A DNA stretch of 64,000 nucleotides. Origin: Longimicrobiales bacterium. GTDB taxonomy: Bacteria > Gemmatimonadota > Gemmatimonadetes > Longimicrobiales > Gaopeijiaceae. The position numbers and the translations under genes are program-made. Each line of letters opens with the position of its first letter. Position 1 is the stretch's first letter. Positions 1-11,153 of the stretch are shown in pieces. The DNA is taken from positions 2,272,001 through 2,336,000 of the forward strand of contig OZ241869.1 in the NCBI GenBank assembly GCA_965202805.1, in the 5' to 3' direction. Under the pieces are notes generated by a model. The model was given only the letters and a program-made list of their open reading frames with translations. It ran no database searches and was not told the DNA's origin.

Positions 1-1
1 C

Positions 2-1387
2 GATGACGTGGAGGGCCTGGTCGACGGCGAACTGCGTCTGACCGGTCCCCCGGCGAACGTGCGCACGAACGGGGAGCTGTCCCTGACGGGCGGCGCCCTC
101 TCCCTTCCGGAACTCGGGGTCCGGTACACGGACGTGGAAGCCGCCCTGGGGTTTGCCGAGGACGCGCTCGTCGCCCTCTCCGCCAGCCTGCGTTCCGATG
201 GTCCCGCCCGCGTGAACGGATCGCTGCACCTGCGTCCGCTGCGGGACCCGGCCTTCGACCTCGCCATCGACGGAACCAGCTTCCGGGCCGTCAACCGCTA
301 TGACATCGAGGGGGTCGTCAGCGGGCAGCTGCGCCTGACCGGGAACTATCGCAGCCCGGTCGTGCAGGGGGCGCTGGATGTCGAACAGGGCACCCTCTAC
401 CTGGACGAATTCGCGCGCTACCAGACGATCGTGGACCTGGCGGACACCACCTTCTTCGCCGCCGTGGACACCACCCTGGCCGGAGTGCTGCCCATCATCG
501 AGGCGGGTCAGAACCCCTTCCTCGACAACCTGGTCGCGGACATCGAGCTGAGCGTCGAGAGCGACAGCTGGCTGCGCAGCCGCCAGATCGACATGGAGAT
601 CGACGGCGACCTGGAGCTGGAGTACGACCGCGGCGCACGCCGCTTCGTGGCGGTCGGGGAGCTCGCGGCCATCCGCGGATCCTACAACTACTTCGGCCGC
701 CGCTTCGTCGTGCAGGAGGGAACCCTCGAGTTCATCGGCATTCCCGGCGTGAATCCGAACCTGGACATCCAGGCGGTCGCCCGCCTTCGTGCCGGAGACA
801 GCCCGCTCAACGTGATCGCCAACGTGGGCGGCACCCTCGTGGCTCCCTCGGTGGCGCTGACCAGCGACGCGGCCGCTCCCATCGAGGAACCGGAGCTGGT
901 CAGCTACCTGGTTTTCGGCCGGCCCCCGGCACTGCTGGGCTCCGGCGAGTCGTCGCTCCTGGGCGGGGCGATCATCACCGATGGCCTGTCCCTGGGTCTG
1001 GGTCGGCTGGCAGACGAGTTCCAGGAGGCCGTCGCGCAGGAGATCGGCTTTGTGGACTACTTCGCCATCTCCAACCAGCGGGCCACGCAGCGCCTTGGCC
1101 CCAACCCCAGCCTGCTGGGCACCCTCGCCTCCACCCAGATCGAGTTTGGCCGCTACCTGTGGGACGACGTCTTCCTCTCCGTCGACCTCGCCCCGGTGGG
1201 CACCACCACCCAGACGCGCACCCGCATTCCCAACGCACGTCTGGAGTGGCGCTTCGCCGACCTGTGGGGCTTCGAGAGCTTCGCCGAGGACCCGCTCCTG
1301 CGCCGGGGCGTCCTCGGAGTCCGGCAGAGCGGCCCCACCTACGCGCACTCGCTGGGGCTCTTCATCTATCGGGAGTGGGGCAGATGA
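2..1387 (+). CDS. tamB: Translocation/assembly module TamB (DUF490) C-terminal part, 5' truncated by window edge
   Basis: Open frame from window start; beta-taco-like repeats, G-Y--FGRRF-V--G-L-F-G-P--NPNLDI-A signature and a C-terminal beta strand (LFIYREWGR). Confidence 0.8.
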   Translation, partial: DDVEGLVDGELRLTGPPANVRTNGELSLTGGALSLPELGVRYTDVEAALGFAEDALVALSASLRSDGPARVNGSLHLRPLRDPAFDLAIDGTSFRAVNRYDIEGVVSGQLRLTGNYRSPVVQGALDVEQGTLYLDEFARYQTIVDLADTTFFAAVDTTLAGVLPIIEAGQNPFLDNLVADIELSVESDSWLRSRQIDMEIDGDLELEYDRGARRFVAVGELAAIRGSYNYFGRRFVVQEGTLEFIGIPGVNPNLDIQAVARLRAGDSPLNVIANVGGTLVAPSVALTSDAAAPIEEPELVSYLVFGRPPALLGSGESSLLGGAIITDGLSLGLGRLADEFQEAVAQEIGFVDYFAISNQRATQRLGPNPSLLGTLASTQIEFGRYLWDDVFLSVDLAPVGTTTQTRTRIPNARLEWRFADLWGFESFAEDPLLRRGVLGVRQSGPTYAHSLGLFIYREWGR

Positions 1388-4275
1388 GCGGCGACATGCT
1401 CATCATTCGAGGAGCGCGCGAGCACAACCTGCGCAACATCGACCTCGAGCTCCCCCGCGAGCGCATCGTCGTCATCACCGGTCTGTCAGGATCGGGGAAA
1501 TCCTCCCTCGCCTTCGACACCATCTATGCCGAGGGACAACGGCGTTACGTGGAATCGCTGTCCGCGTACGCCCGCCAGTTCCTGGGCCTGATGGAGAAGC
1601 CGGATGTCGACGCCATCGAGGGCCTCTCGCCGGCGATTTCCATCGAGCAGAAGACGGTGAACCGCAACCCGCGCTCGACGGTGGGCACGGTCACCGAAAT
1701 CTACGACTACCTGCGCCTGCTGTGGGCGCGCGCGGGCATCCCCCACTGCGCGGAGTGCGGCCGGCCGGTCCTGCGTCAGAGCGCCACCCAGATCGTCGAG
1801 CAGCTTCTGGAGCGGCAGCCGGGCAGCCAGGTCGAGGTCCTCGCCCCCCTGGTGCGTGGACGCAAGGGCGAGTTCCGCGAGCTGTTCGAGCGGGCGCGGC
1901 GCACCGGCTTCGTGCGCGCGCTCGTCGATGGCCAGGTATACGACCTCTCCCATCCTCCCGCGCTCAATCGGTACGAGAACCACGACATCGCCATCGTCGT
2001 AGACCGCCTCGCGGTGCGCGACTCCGACCGCGGCCGCCTCGCCGACTCGGTCGAGACCGCCCTGTCGACCGCCGAGGGCGTCGTTGGGATCCGGGTTCGC
2101 GGCGAAGACGACACCCGGCTCTTCAGCGAGCACTACGCCTGCGTGGAATGCGGCACCAGCCTGCCGGAACTGGAACCGCGCCAGTTCTCCTTCAACTCTC
2201 CGTTCGGAGCGTGCGAAGACTGCGGCGGGCTGGGCACGCGCCGGGAGGTCAACCCCCAGCTTCTGCTCGGCGACCCCAGCCTCTCGGTGATGGAGGGGGT
2301 GGTGCTCCCCTGGGGGGATCCAGCCGGGCACCTGCGCCGGTCGGTGATCCCCGGGCTGGCCGCCGCCTACGAGTTCGACCCGCGCGAGCCCTGGAACACC
2401 CTGGACCCGGAGGTCCATCAGGGCATCCTCCGGGGTTCGGCTCCCATGAAGATCCGCTTCCCCTACCGGTCGGGCGGCTCCGCGGGATACTACGAGGACG
2501 TGTGGGAGGGCGTCGTCGCGAGCATCGAGCGGCGCTACCGGGAGACCGGGTCGGACTACGTGCGCGGCCAGCTCGAGTCCTACATGTCGGTGCTGCCGTG
2601 CAAGGCGTGCGAGGGGACGCGCCTCGCCCCCCGCTCCCGCGCCGTTACCCTGGGCGGCCGCTCCATCGGCCAGGTGATCGAGCTGCCCATCTCGGAATGC
2701 CTGGCCTTCGTGCGCTCGCTCCCGGTAACCGGCCGCCTGCGCTCCGACTCCGTCGAGCAGGCCCCCGGCCCGCCGCTCCCGGCCGAAATCGCCGGACCGA
2801 TCCTGAAGGAGGTGGAAGACCGCCTGCGATTCCTGACCGCCGTGGGCCTCGACTACCTCAGCCTGGGCCGCTCGGCCGACACCCTCTCCGGGGGGGAGGC
2901 GCAGCGCATCCGCCTGGCGACCCAGATCGGCAGCGGCCTGGTGGGGGTGCTCTACATCCTGGACGAACCGTCGATCGGCCTTCATCCGCGCGACAACCGC
3001 GGCCTGCTCGCCACCCTCCGGTCGCTGCGCGACCTGGGCAACACCGTGCTGGTCGTGGAGCACGACGAAGACACCATCCTCGCCGCCGACCACGTCGTCG
3101 ACCTGGGTCCCGGGGCGGGACGCAAAGGGGGCGAGGTGGTGGCCGCGGGCACGGTGCAGGAGGTCGTCAACCATCCGCGCTCGCTCACCGGCGCGTACCT
3201 GCGCGGCGCCCGCGAGATTCCCGTGCCGCCGCGGCGGCGCCCCGCCGACCCCGAACGCCGGCTCGTGGTGGAGGGCGCACGCCAGCACAACCTCCGGGAC
3301 CTGGCGGTGGGGTTTCCCCTCGGGTGCTTCGTGGCGGTCACCGGGGTCAGCGGATCGGGCAAGTCCACCCTGGTGAACCATACCCTGTATCGCGCCCTGG
3401 CGCGCCGCTTCTACCGGTCGGTGGCCCTGCCCGGAGACCACGACCAGGTGCAGGGCGCCGAGCTGATCGACAAGGTCATCGAGGTGAACCAGGCGCCCAT
3501 CGGAAGAACGCCGCGCTCCAACCCCGCCACCTACACCGGTCTCTTCACCCCCATCCGCCAACTCTTCGCGAGCCTTCCCGAGTCGCAGGTGCGCGGCTAC
3601 GGCCCCGGCCGCTTCTCCTTCAACGTCAAGGGAGGCAGATGCGAGTCGTGCAAGGGCGACGGCCTGGTGAAGATCGAGATGCACTTCCTGCCGGACGTCT
3701 ACGTGCCCTGCGACGTATGCCGCGGCCAGCGCTACAACCGCGAGACCCTCGACATCTCCTACAGGGGCCGGAACATCGCCGAGGTTCTGGCGATGCCGGT
3801 TGCCGAGGCCCTCGAGTTCTTCGACCCCGTGCCCCGCGTTCGCAACCGCCTGCGGACGCTGGCGCAGGTGGGGCTCGGCTACGTCCGGCTGGGCCAGCCG
3901 GCGACGACCCTGTCGGGCGGCGAGGCACAGCGGGTCAAGCTGGCCACCGAGCTCTCCAAGCGCGCGACCGGAAGGACCCTGTACATCCTCGACGAACCCA
4001 CCACGGGGCTGCACTTCGAGGACGTGCGCGTCCTGCTGGAGGTGTTGCACCGCCTGGTGGACCGCGGCAACACGGTGGTGGTGATCGAGCACAACCTGCA
4101 CGTGATCAAGACCGCCGACTGGCTCATCGACCTCGGCCCGGAGGGGGGCGCGGGCGGAGGGCGGGTGGTCGCGGCCGGGACACCCGAGGAAGTCGCCGCC
4201 GACCCGACCTCCTACACGGGAGCTTTCCTGACGGATGTACTGCCGGGACGGGCCCGTGAGCGCCGGAGGGCGTAA
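1384..4275 (+). CDS. uvrA: Excinuclease ABC subunit A
   Basis: GAREHNL start, two Walker A motifs ([16 protein letters not shown]), two LSGGEAQR signatures, CxxC zinc fingers; ATG overlaps tamB stop (ATGA). Confidence 0.98.
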   Translation: MSGDMLIIRGAREHNLRNIDLELPRERIVVITGLSGSGKSSLAFDTIYAEGQRRYVESLSAYARQFLGLMEKPDVDAIEGLSPAISIEQKTVNRNPRSTVGTVTEIYDYLRLLWARAGIPHCAECGRPVLRQSATQIVEQLLERQPGSQVEVLAPLVRGRKGEFRELFERARRTGFVRALVDGQVYDLSHPPALNRYENHDIAIVVDRLAVRDSDRGRLADSVETALSTAEGVVGIRVRGEDDTRLFSEHYACVECGTSLPELEPRQFSFNSPFGACEDCGGLGTRREVNPQLLLGDPSLSVMEGVVLPWGDPAGHLRRSVIPGLAAAYEFDPREPWNTLDPEVHQGILRGSAPMKIRFPYRSGGSAGYYEDVWEGVVASIERRYRETGSDYVRGQLESYMSVLPCKACEGTRLAPRSRAVTLGGRSIGQVIELPISECLAFVRSLPVTGRLRSDSVEQAPGPPLPAEIAGPILKEVEDRLRFLTAVGLDYLSLGRSADTLSGGEAQRIRLATQIGSGLVGVLYILDEPSIGLHPRDNRGLLATLRSLRDLGNTVLVVEHDEDTILAADHVVDLGPGAGRKGGEVVAAGTVQEVVNHPRSLTGAYLRGAREIPVPPRRRPADPERRLVVEGARQHNLRDLAVGFPLGCFVAVTGVSGSGKSTLVNHTLYRALARRFYRSVALPGDHDQVQGAELIDKVIEVNQAPIGRTPRSNPATYTGLFTPIRQLFASLPESQVRGYGPGRFSFNVKGGRCESCKGDGLVKIEMHFLPDVYVPCDVCRGQRYNRETLDISYRGRNIAEVLAMPVAEALEFFDPVPRVRNRLRTLAQVGLGYVRLGQPATTLSGGEAQRVKLATELSKRATGRTLYILDEPTTGLHFEDVRVLLEVLHRLVDRGNTVVVIEHNLHVIKTADWLIDLGPEGGAGGGRVVAAGTPEEVAADPTSYTGAFLTDVLPGRARERRRA

Positions 4276-4511
4276 GCCGCCCGTGGACCAACTCCCCCGG
4301 CACTCGAGCGGATCCATCCACGGACCGCCGGCGCTCGCGATCCGCAGCCGAAACTGGCCCCGGCTCGTTCGCGTCTCCTATTTTGTTAGGTTATGCCATC
4401 GGATGACGCGACATCCCGGTCCATCGCGGCCGGCAGCGCCCATCCGGCGAGCAGGCTGACACCACGAGCGGGCAGAACCGCCCCGCCCCGCCCCGGAGAC
4501 GGAGTGAAGTC

Positions 4512-4931
4512 ATGGTAAGTCGAGAGGATGTCGAGGGCTTCCTGATCCGCATGGATCTGGACTATGAAGAGGTCGACGAGGGCATGTTCCTCGCACACGG
4601 CGACAACGGTGGCGCGGGCGTGGTGGTCCACCACTCGGATCCCGTGCTGGTGTTGCGCCTCAAGATGATGGATCTTCCGGCAGAGCCGGAGGACGAGCTC
4701 ACCGGGCTGTACCGGACGCTGCTGGAGCTCAACGCGACCGACATCGTGCACGGAGCCTACGGCATCGAGGAGGGAGAACTGATCCTCACCGATACCCTCG
4801 AACTCGAGAACCTCGATTTCACCGAACTGCAGGCCTCGATCGAGAGCCTCCAGCTCGCGGCGTCGAGTCACATGGGCAGGATCCGCGAGCTTGCGCAGGC
4901 AGGCAGCGTACCGCAGGCGATGGAGGGCTGA
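4512..4931 (+). CDS. YbjN/CesT-like chaperone-fold protein
   Basis: Acidic 139 aa with LYRTLLELNA-DIVHGAYGI motif typical of YbjN/T3SS-chaperone-like proteins; directly upstream of pspA. Confidence 0.7.
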   Translation: MVSREDVEGFLIRMDLDYEEVDEGMFLAHGDNGGAGVVVHHSDPVLVLRLKMMDLPAEPEDELTGLYRTLLELNATDIVHGAYGIEEGELILTDTLELENLDFTELQASIESLQLAASSHMGRIRELAQAGSVPQAMEG

Positions 4932-4935
4932 ACTC

Positions 4936-5799
4936 ATGGGAATCTTCCAGAAGCTGTCGACGCTCATCAAGTCGAACATCAACGACTTGATCGCGAAGGC
5001 GGAAAACCCGGAGAAGATGCTCAACCAGATCATCCTCGACATGCGGGACCAGCTCGCCAAGGCGAAGCGCGATGTCGCGGGGGCGATCGCGGACGAGCGG
5101 AAGCTCGGAGCTCAGCTCGATGCCGAGGTCAAACAGGCCCAGGCGTGGAAGAAGCGGGCGGAACTGGCCGTCAGGGAGGGCCGTGACGACCTCGCCATGC
5201 AGGCTCTGGGCCGACAGCAGGAACACGCCCAGCGCGCAGGGGCGCTGGAGCAGACCTGGCGCGCCCAGAAGGAAGAGACGGAGAAGCTCAAGGCGTCGCT
5301 CCGGACGCTGAACGACAAGATCGAGGAGGCGAAGCGCAAGCGGAACCTCCTGATCGCGAAGCAGAAGCGGGCTCAGGCGCAGAAGCGCATCCACGCCACG
5401 ATGTCCGGGCTCTCGGACCAGTCGGCGTTCGATGCGTTCAACCGCATGGCGGCCAAGATCGAAGAGGAGGAACGCCAGAGCCTCGCTCAGGCGGAAGTCA
5501 CCGAGGCGCTGACGGGGGATTCGCTGGAGGATGAATTCCTGAGGCTGGAATCGGGCGGCGAGGGTGCCGCGCTGGACGACCGCCTGCTGGCGCTGAAAGC
5601 ACAGATGGGGCTGCTCCCGGGAGGAACCTCCGAGGCTCCCCGGCAGCTCACCGCCGGTGAAGGGGCCGGCGACGCCCCCTCCGAGGCAGCCGCGGAAGCC
5701 GACGATGCCGACGCCGGGTCTTCCGCTCCGGTCGCGCCGATACAGGAAGCGCAGCTCCTCGAGGAGTTCGAGCGGCTGGGCAGAAACGACGGGTCGTGA
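4936..5799 (+). CDS. pspA: PspA/IM30 family protein
   Basis: MGIFQKLSTLIKSNINDLIAKAENPEKML N-terminus, long coiled coil, AFDAFNRMAAKI motif. Confidence 0.93.
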   Translation: MGIFQKLSTLIKSNINDLIAKAENPEKMLNQIILDMRDQLAKAKRDVAGAIADERKLGAQLDAEVKQAQAWKKRAELAVREGRDDLAMQALGRQQEHAQRAGALEQTWRAQKEETEKLKASLRTLNDKIEEAKRKRNLLIAKQKRAQAQKRIHATMSGLSDQSAFDAFNRMAAKIEEEERQSLAQAEVTEALTGDSLEDEFLRLESGGEGAALDDRLLALKAQMGLLPGGTSEAPRQLTAGEGAGDAPSEAAAEADDADAGSSAPVAPIQEAQLLEEFERLGRNDGS

Positions 5800-5800
5800 C

Positions 5801-6652
5801 GTGGATACGGTATACCTGAACGGCGAGTACCTGCCGAGGGATGAAGCCCGCGTGGCGGCGGATGACCGCGGTTTTCTCCTCTCCGACGGGATCTACGAGG
5901 TCACCCCCGCGTACGGGGGACGCTTCTTTCGCGGAGACCGCCACCTGGCGCGCATGGCGCGAGGCCTGGCGGCGCTGCGCATCGAGTACGACACCGGACG
6001 GCTGCCCGCCGTCAAGCGACGGCTGCTGGAGGTGAACGGCCTCGCCGACGCCGACTTCGCCTACGTCTACATGCAGGTGACGCGGGGCACGGCTCCCCGC
6101 ACCCACTACTTCCCGCCGCACGCCGTGGAGCCCACCGTGTACGCCTACGCCCGCCCGCACCAGCGGCCCCTCAGGGTGATCCGGGAGCGAGGCTTCCGGG
6201 CGGTCACCGCGCCGGACCGGCGCTGGGCCAGGGTCGACATCAAGAGCATCGCCCTGCTGCCCAACGTGCTGGCCATGCAGGCGGCCGTGGACGCCGGGGT
6301 CGACGACGTCATCCTGGTGCGGGACGGGGTCGCCATCGAGGGAGCCCACAGCAATTTCTTCGCTGTGAGCGGCGGTGCGCTGGTGACCCACCCGGCCACC
6401 CACCAGATCCTGCACGGCATCACCCGCGAGTACGTGCTCGAGCTGGCGGCCGGACTGGGGATTCCGGTCGAACTGCGCCCCCTCCCCGTCGAGGAGCTTG
6501 CGTCGGTGAGCGAGGCGTTCCTGACGGGCACCACCACGGAGGTCCATCCCATCGTGGAGATCGACGGGCGGCCGGTGGGCAAGGGAACGGTGGGGCCCGT
6601 GGCGAAGCGGCTGTCGGAGGCGTTTCGCGAGGGGTTGCCGGGCGCGGCGTAG
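5801..6652 (+). CDS. D-amino acid aminotransferase (PLP class IV)
   Basis: VYLNGEY, DRGFLLSDGIYE, DIKSIALLPNVLA (PLP Lys), ILHGITR, EAFLTGTT motifs; GTG start. Confidence 0.9.
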   Translation: MDTVYLNGEYLPRDEARVAADDRGFLLSDGIYEVTPAYGGRFFRGDRHLARMARGLAALRIEYDTGRLPAVKRRLLEVNGLADADFAYVYMQVTRGTAPRTHYFPPHAVEPTVYAYARPHQRPLRVIRERGFRAVTAPDRRWARVDIKSIALLPNVLAMQAAVDAGVDDVILVRDGVAIEGAHSNFFAVSGGALVTHPATHQILHGITREYVLELAAGLGIPVELRPLPVEELASVSEAFLTGTTTEVHPIVEIDGRPVGKGTVGPVAKRLSEAFREGLPGAA

Positions 6653-6721
6653 GAAACCCCGCCGGCGGCGTGCCGGACGGAACTCCCGCCCAGGCCTTCA
6701 GACGAGAAAGCCTCCCCGGCT

Positions 6722-7006
6722 TCAGGGCAGAGGCTCGCCCACCGCGACCACGGCGCCCTCGGGCACCAGGTGCAGGTCGTCCTCGATGAGGTGGGTGGCT
6801 TCCGCGAGCACGATGACGATTCGTTCGGGCTCGAGCCCCTGGTCGTGCCCGGGGATTGAATGGTAGTCGTCGCTCGGCAAGTGCATCACCACCCGACCGC
6901 GCCTCAGCGAGCGGTCCGCGCAGGTGCCCACGAGACGCACCGTGGCCCACCCCGGGCGGGGGCTCCATGCGACGTTGCGCGGCGTGTAGATTCGTTGCTC
7001 GTCCAT
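6722..7006 (-). CDS. Hypothetical protein
   Basis: 94-aa ORF with a plausible RBS (aggag) and normal composition. Confidence 0.5.
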   Translation of the reverse strand: MDEQRIYTPRNVAWSPRPGWATVRLVGTCADRSLRRGRVVMHLPSDDYHSIPGHDQGLEPERIVIVLAEATHLIEDDLHLVPEGAVVAVGEPLP

Positions 7007-7024
7007 GCCTGGCTCTCCTGGCTG

Positions 7025-7486
7025 CTAACCTTCCCTCAAGGTGGAACGCCCGTCAACCAGCAGGTCGCAGGTCGCCTGCTGCGCCGGGGACGGTTCGCTC
7101 GGCTGAGCCACCAGCAGGGCGCGCCCCTTCCCTCCCCGGGGCAGGTGCAGCACAAGCGCCTCGGGATCGGCCGGGGTCGAGTATTCGCGTGCCAGCCCCG
7201 TCCGGTCGATGGCGACGGTTCGTCCGTCGAAGGTGAGCCGGGCGATCGTGCGCGCGTATTCGACCCAGGCGGTGAACGGCTCTTCGCCCGCGGCGATCGC
7301 CGGGACAACCCGGTCGCGATAGTGGCCGAGCGCCTGCTCGAAGGCGGCCGCGTCGATGCCTTTCAGTTCCCTCAGGCGCTCCCTGCAGAGGCCTCGCGGG
7401 TCGCGCGCGCCCATCTTCTCGAGCGCGGCCTCCAGGCGCTGGTCCGCCACGGCCTGGGGGTCTTCGGTGTGTTCGGTGCCTGTCAT
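7025..7486 (-). CDS. Hypothetical protein
   Basis: 153-aa ORF with protein-like composition and GC3-rich codons, co-oriented with the 6722..7006 ORF. Confidence 0.6.
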   Translation of the reverse strand: MTGTEHTEDPQAVADQRLEAALEKMGARDPRGLCRERLRELKGIDAAAFEQALGHYRDRVVPAIAAGEEPFTAWVEYARTIARLTFDGRTVAIDRTGLAREYSTPADPEALVLHLPRGGKGRALLVAQPSEPSPAQQATCDLLVDGRSTLREG

Positions 7487-7688
7487 CTGCCCTCGGTGCT
7501 GCCTGGCTGTCGCGCGACCCTCCCGGTCGCAAGATGCCGGTTGCCGGGCGGGCGCGCGACACGCGGGTCGCGTGGTGGCGTGGCCCGTCGACTCTCCCTA
7601 ACTTCTTCTGCCCGGAACCGCGCCGTGACGCAATGCCGGGCGCATCCGGTCCGCATCGCACTCCCGCACTCATCCACACCAGGCTGAC

Positions 7689-8228
7689 ATGCCATCCAGA
7701 TACAACCAGCCCCGCTTTTCGGATCCGACCGGAGACTATCTGGAAGTCTCCTGGGAGATGTTCGGGGAGCTGTGCCGGGCGCTCGCGCTCAAGGTGGCGC
7801 GCGAACACAGGCCGGACCTGGTCGTCGGTATCGCGCGCGCAGGCGTCATTCCGGGGGCCATCGTCGCATCCATGCTGCGCCTCGACTTCCACTCGATGAA
7901 GATCTCGCGGCGGGGTGTCGACAACTCCGTCCGCGAGCGCCCCGAAGTGCTCGACGCGGCCCCGCGCGTCGCCGCCGGCCGCCGGGTTCTGCTCGTGGAC
8001 GAGATCACCACTTCCGGAGAAACCCTGCGGCTGGGGCTCGCGGCCGTGCGCGACGTCGGGCCCGCCGAAGTTCGTACAGCGACCTGCTTCGCGCGGCCGC
8101 GCGGCTACAAGCCCGACTACTTTGCGCTGGAGACCGGTTCCACCGTAATATTTCCGTGGGACAGGAAGATCTTTCAGGACCAGCGGTTCGTCGTGAATCC
8201 GAGGTACGAGAGCGTACTGGACGAATAG
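7689..8228 (+). CDS. Phosphoribosyltransferase (type I PRT, purine salvage-like)
   Basis: VVGIARAGVIPG and PRPP-binding VLLVDEITTSGETL motifs; C-terminal IFPW. Confidence 0.88.
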   Translation: MPSRYNQPRFSDPTGDYLEVSWEMFGELCRALALKVAREHRPDLVVGIARAGVIPGAIVASMLRLDFHSMKISRRGVDNSVRERPEVLDAAPRVAAGRRVLLVDEITTSGETLRLGLAAVRDVGPAEVRTATCFARPRGYKPDYFALETGSTVIFPWDRKIFQDQRFVVNPRYESVLDE

Positions 8229-8289
8229 AGTCGCATGCTGGCCGCTCCCCGGAGCGCCACGGCTTGACGATGCCCGACAGGAGGAAGAC

Positions 8290-9630
8290 ATGACCATCTC
8301 CCGGTACTCCGGCCGCACGCTGCTGCCTGCCCTGCTGTGCGCCGCCCTGCTGGCTCCCTGCGCGCTGGCGGCGCAGTCGACCAACGGGGACGAACCGGAA
8401 ATCACCTTCACGCGCGACATCGCCCCCATCGTGCAGGAAAACTGCCAGATCTGCCATCGGGAGTCGTCGGTGGCACCGATGTCGTTCGTGACCTACCGGG
8501 ATGTGCGCCGCTACGCCCGCCGCATCCGCGAGCAGGTGTCGCGCCGCCTCATGCCGCCCTACCACCTCGACGTGGGTGTCGGCATCCAGGACATCAAGGA
8601 CGACTGGCGCCTCGAACAGGAGGACATCGAGACCGTCGTCGCCTGGGTGGACGCGGGCGCGCCCGAGGGCGACCCGGCGGACATGCCGCCGCCAATGGAG
8701 TGGCCGAACCGGCAGATGTGGCAGCTGGAGCACATCCTCGGTCCCCCCGACCATGTCATCAAGTCCAAGCCCTTCACGGTTCCGGCCGAGGGCGGCGACA
8801 CCTGGTGGCGGCCGCGCGTCCCGACCGGGCTGGGCGAGGACCGCTGGGTGCGCGCGTTCGAGACGCGGCCCTCCTTCCCCGCCGGTCGCCAGGTGGTGCA
8901 CCACGCCATCCCCAGGCTGCTGAGGCTCAACGAGGAAGGCGAGTATCAGCGTATCGTCAGCCTCTCCGAATACGCCATGGGCAAGGTCGGCGAGATCGTT
9001 CCCGCCGACGCCGGCCGCCTCCTGCAAGCGAACGACCTCATCGAGTGGGACGCCCACTACTATCCCATGGGCTACGAGGTGCCGGACGACCAGGTCGAGC
9101 TCGGCATCTGGTTCCACGAGGAGGGATACACGCCCGAATTCGAGCAGGACCTGCGCCTCTATCCCCTGCGGGGAGACATCGCGCTGGCTCCGGGCGGCAC
9201 GGCGATGACTCAGGGGTTCAAGCGGTGGGACCACCCGGTCCGCCTGGACAGCTTCCAGCCGCACGGGCACGTGCACCTGCACGCCATGTCGATCAAGGCG
9301 ATCTATCCGGACGGCCGTGAGGAACTGATCAGCATGGTGACCGACTTCAACGCGCGCTGGCACCACAGCTACATCTACGGCGACGATGCGGCTCCCCTGC
9401 TCCCCGAGGGAACGGTCCTGGTCATGACAGGCTGGTATGACAACACCGAGGACAACCCGCTCAACCCGGACCCGGAGATCTGGTACGCGCGCGGCGACCG
9501 CACCACGGACGAGATGTCGCACGCCTGGCTCGCCATAACCCACCTGACGGATGAAGGCTACGAACGCCTCGTCGAGGAGCGTGAGGCCAGGGCGCGGGTG
9601 GTGAGCGACGGCAGCAGCGGGTCGCGTTGA
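8290..9630 (+). CDS. Secreted c-type cytochrome / copper type II monooxygenase-like protein
   Basis: RBS aggagg, signal peptide, CQICH haem motif followed by MPP, then VVHHA, DAHYY, QPHGH and DEMSHAW putative Cu ligands. Confidence 0.7.
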   Translation: MTISRYSGRTLLPALLCAALLAPCALAAQSTNGDEPEITFTRDIAPIVQENCQICHRESSVAPMSFVTYRDVRRYARRIREQVSRRLMPPYHLDVGVGIQDIKDDWRLEQEDIETVVAWVDAGAPEGDPADMPPPMEWPNRQMWQLEHILGPPDHVIKSKPFTVPAEGGDTWWRPRVPTGLGEDRWVRAFETRPSFPAGRQVVHHAIPRLLRLNEEGEYQRIVSLSEYAMGKVGEIVPADAGRLLQANDLIEWDAHYYPMGYEVPDDQVELGIWFHEEGYTPEFEQDLRLYPLRGDIALAPGGTAMTQGFKRWDHPVRLDSFQPHGHVHLHAMSIKAIYPDGREELISMVTDFNARWHHSYIYGDDAAPLLPEGTVLVMTGWYDNTEDNPLNPDPEIWYARGDRTTDEMSHAWLAITHLTDEGYERLVEEREARARVVSDGSSGSR

Positions 9631-9786
9631 CGAGATCCGGCCGACTCCGCGCCTGCCTCTCAAGGGGCGCCGGGCCCGGCGTCAGACAAAGAAGGAGCTC
9701 ACCGCGGATGTGGGGGGCTCCTTCCCCATTGTAGTGGACGGCGCACGACAGCCGACCGTGTCCAGTCGATGCTCGGAGAGTGAGAG

Positions 9787-10659
9787 ATGAAAGCCCTGCA
9801 ACCGAGACTTGGCATAGCCACGGCGCTCGCGGTCCTGGCGGCGGTTCCCCTGGGCGCGCAGCAGGTACAGCGACTCCCGCTGGCGCCCATCCCGCCGACG
9901 GGCGAGCCCGTGGCACCCTTCTTCGAGGGCTGGTATCGGAATGACGACGGTACTTTCACCTTCTCCTACGGCTTCTTCAACCTGAACACCGAGGAGATCC
10001 TGGACATCCCGCTCGGCACCGACAACTTCATCGAGCCGGCCGAGTTCGACGGAGACCAGCCCACCCACTTCCCGGTGCGGCCCCGGCGCGACCGCGGGGT
10101 CTTTTCGGTCACCGTGCCCGAGAGCTACGCGGATACCAGCCGGCGGGTGGTGTGGACGATCACGAGCAACGGCGTGACCTACTCCACGCCCGCGCGGGTG
10201 GGGATCGACGCGCTCCAGCTCGACTACGGGCCTCGGGCCATGGGTTCGGTGCCCCCGCTCGTACGGTTCGGAGACGACGGAGAGGTAGGCCAGCATATCC
10301 AGGGCGCGCATTCGGAACCACGCACCGCGACCGTGGGCGAGCCGCTCTCTGTCACCCTGTGGACATCGGAGGTATCGGAGCGCTCCCCGGACGACAACGT
10401 GAACACGGATGTCGAGGTTCGGGTCACCTGGTTCAAACACCAGGGACCGGTCGAGGAAGTGATCTTCGAGCCCCGGCAGATCACGGTTCCCGGCACCGGA
10501 GAAGCCGGCACTCTGGTAACCTTCACCGCCCCCGGCCAATACCTGCTGCGCGCCCGCGTGGACAACTTCAGCGCCAACGACAGCTCGGCAGGCAATCAGT
10601 GCTGCTGGAGCAACGGCTACGTGGCGGTGACCGTCAACGACCCCGCCGGAATGCGATGA
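9787..10659 (+). CDS. Secreted hypothetical protein with Ig-like domain
   Basis: Signal peptide (VPLGA-QQ), PFFEGWYRNDDGT motif, C-terminal CCW. Confidence 0.7.
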   Translation: MKALQPRLGIATALAVLAAVPLGAQQVQRLPLAPIPPTGEPVAPFFEGWYRNDDGTFTFSYGFFNLNTEEILDIPLGTDNFIEPAEFDGDQPTHFPVRPRRDRGVFSVTVPESYADTSRRVVWTITSNGVTYSTPARVGIDALQLDYGPRAMGSVPPLVRFGDDGEVGQHIQGAHSEPRTATVGEPLSVTLWTSEVSERSPDDNVNTDVEVRVTWFKHQGPVEEVIFEPRQITVPGTGEAGTLVTFTAPGQYLLRARVDNFSANDSSAGNQCCWSNGYVAVTVNDPAGMR

Positions 10660-11153
10660 AGCTGCTCGGCCTCCTGGCCGTGGCGGCGGTGGTCGGTCCC
10701 ACGATTACCGGCGCCACCCCGGCCGCCGCGCAGGAAGCGATGGACCTCGACCGCCTCATCGAGCGCCGGGGCGTCTATCTCGAACCGGGCACCCTCGAAC
10801 CCTACAGCGGCCCGGTGGCGCGCATGTGGACGGCGGACGTCGTGCGCGAAAGAGGCACGCTCGCCGAGGGTCGCTGGACGGGCGTACACGAGTGGTTCCA
10901 CCAGAACGGCCGCCTCTCCGGGCGGGAGACCTGGCAGGACGGCGTCCTGCACGGACCCGCGGAGATGTACTTCAAGTCCGGCGTGCTCTCGGTGCGCGAG
11001 AACTACACAGACGGCGAACTCGACGGGCCCTACGAGTCGTACTGGACGCGCGGGGCGCTGGCCGAGCGGGGCACCTGGCGGGCCGGCGCCCCGTGCGGCG
11101 AGTGGACCAGCTTCGGCCGCTCCGTCGTCTTCCCTTCCTGCGCGCGGCCGTAG
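10656..11153 (+). CDS. Secreted MORN-variant repeat (YwqK-like) protein
   Basis: Signal peptide; repeats of type W-Q-GR----ETW-DG-LHG---YF-SG------Y-DG-LDG; ATGA overlap with upstream stop. Confidence 0.75.
   Translation: MKLLGLLAVAAVVGPTITGATPAAAQEAMDLDRLIERRGVYLEPGTLEPYSGPVARMWTADVVRERGTLAEGRWTGVHEWFHQNGRLSGRETWQDGVLHGPAEMYFKSGVLSVRENYTDGELDGPYESYWTRGALAERGTWRAGAPCGEWTSFGRSVVFPSCARP

Noticed and set aside
981..4317. Very long alternative-frame and antisense ORFs over uvrA (981..4259 +, 1486..4317 -), with similar cases elsewhere such as 38230..41679 -
   Set aside because: Shadow ORFs expected at high GC; Arg/Pro/Gly-rich or antisense-codon composition, no motifs, and they fully overlap clear genes.
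10656..11153. Toxin-antitoxin role for the YwqK-like protein
   Set aside because: It has a signal peptide and no adjacent toxin; MORN-variant repeats are generic.
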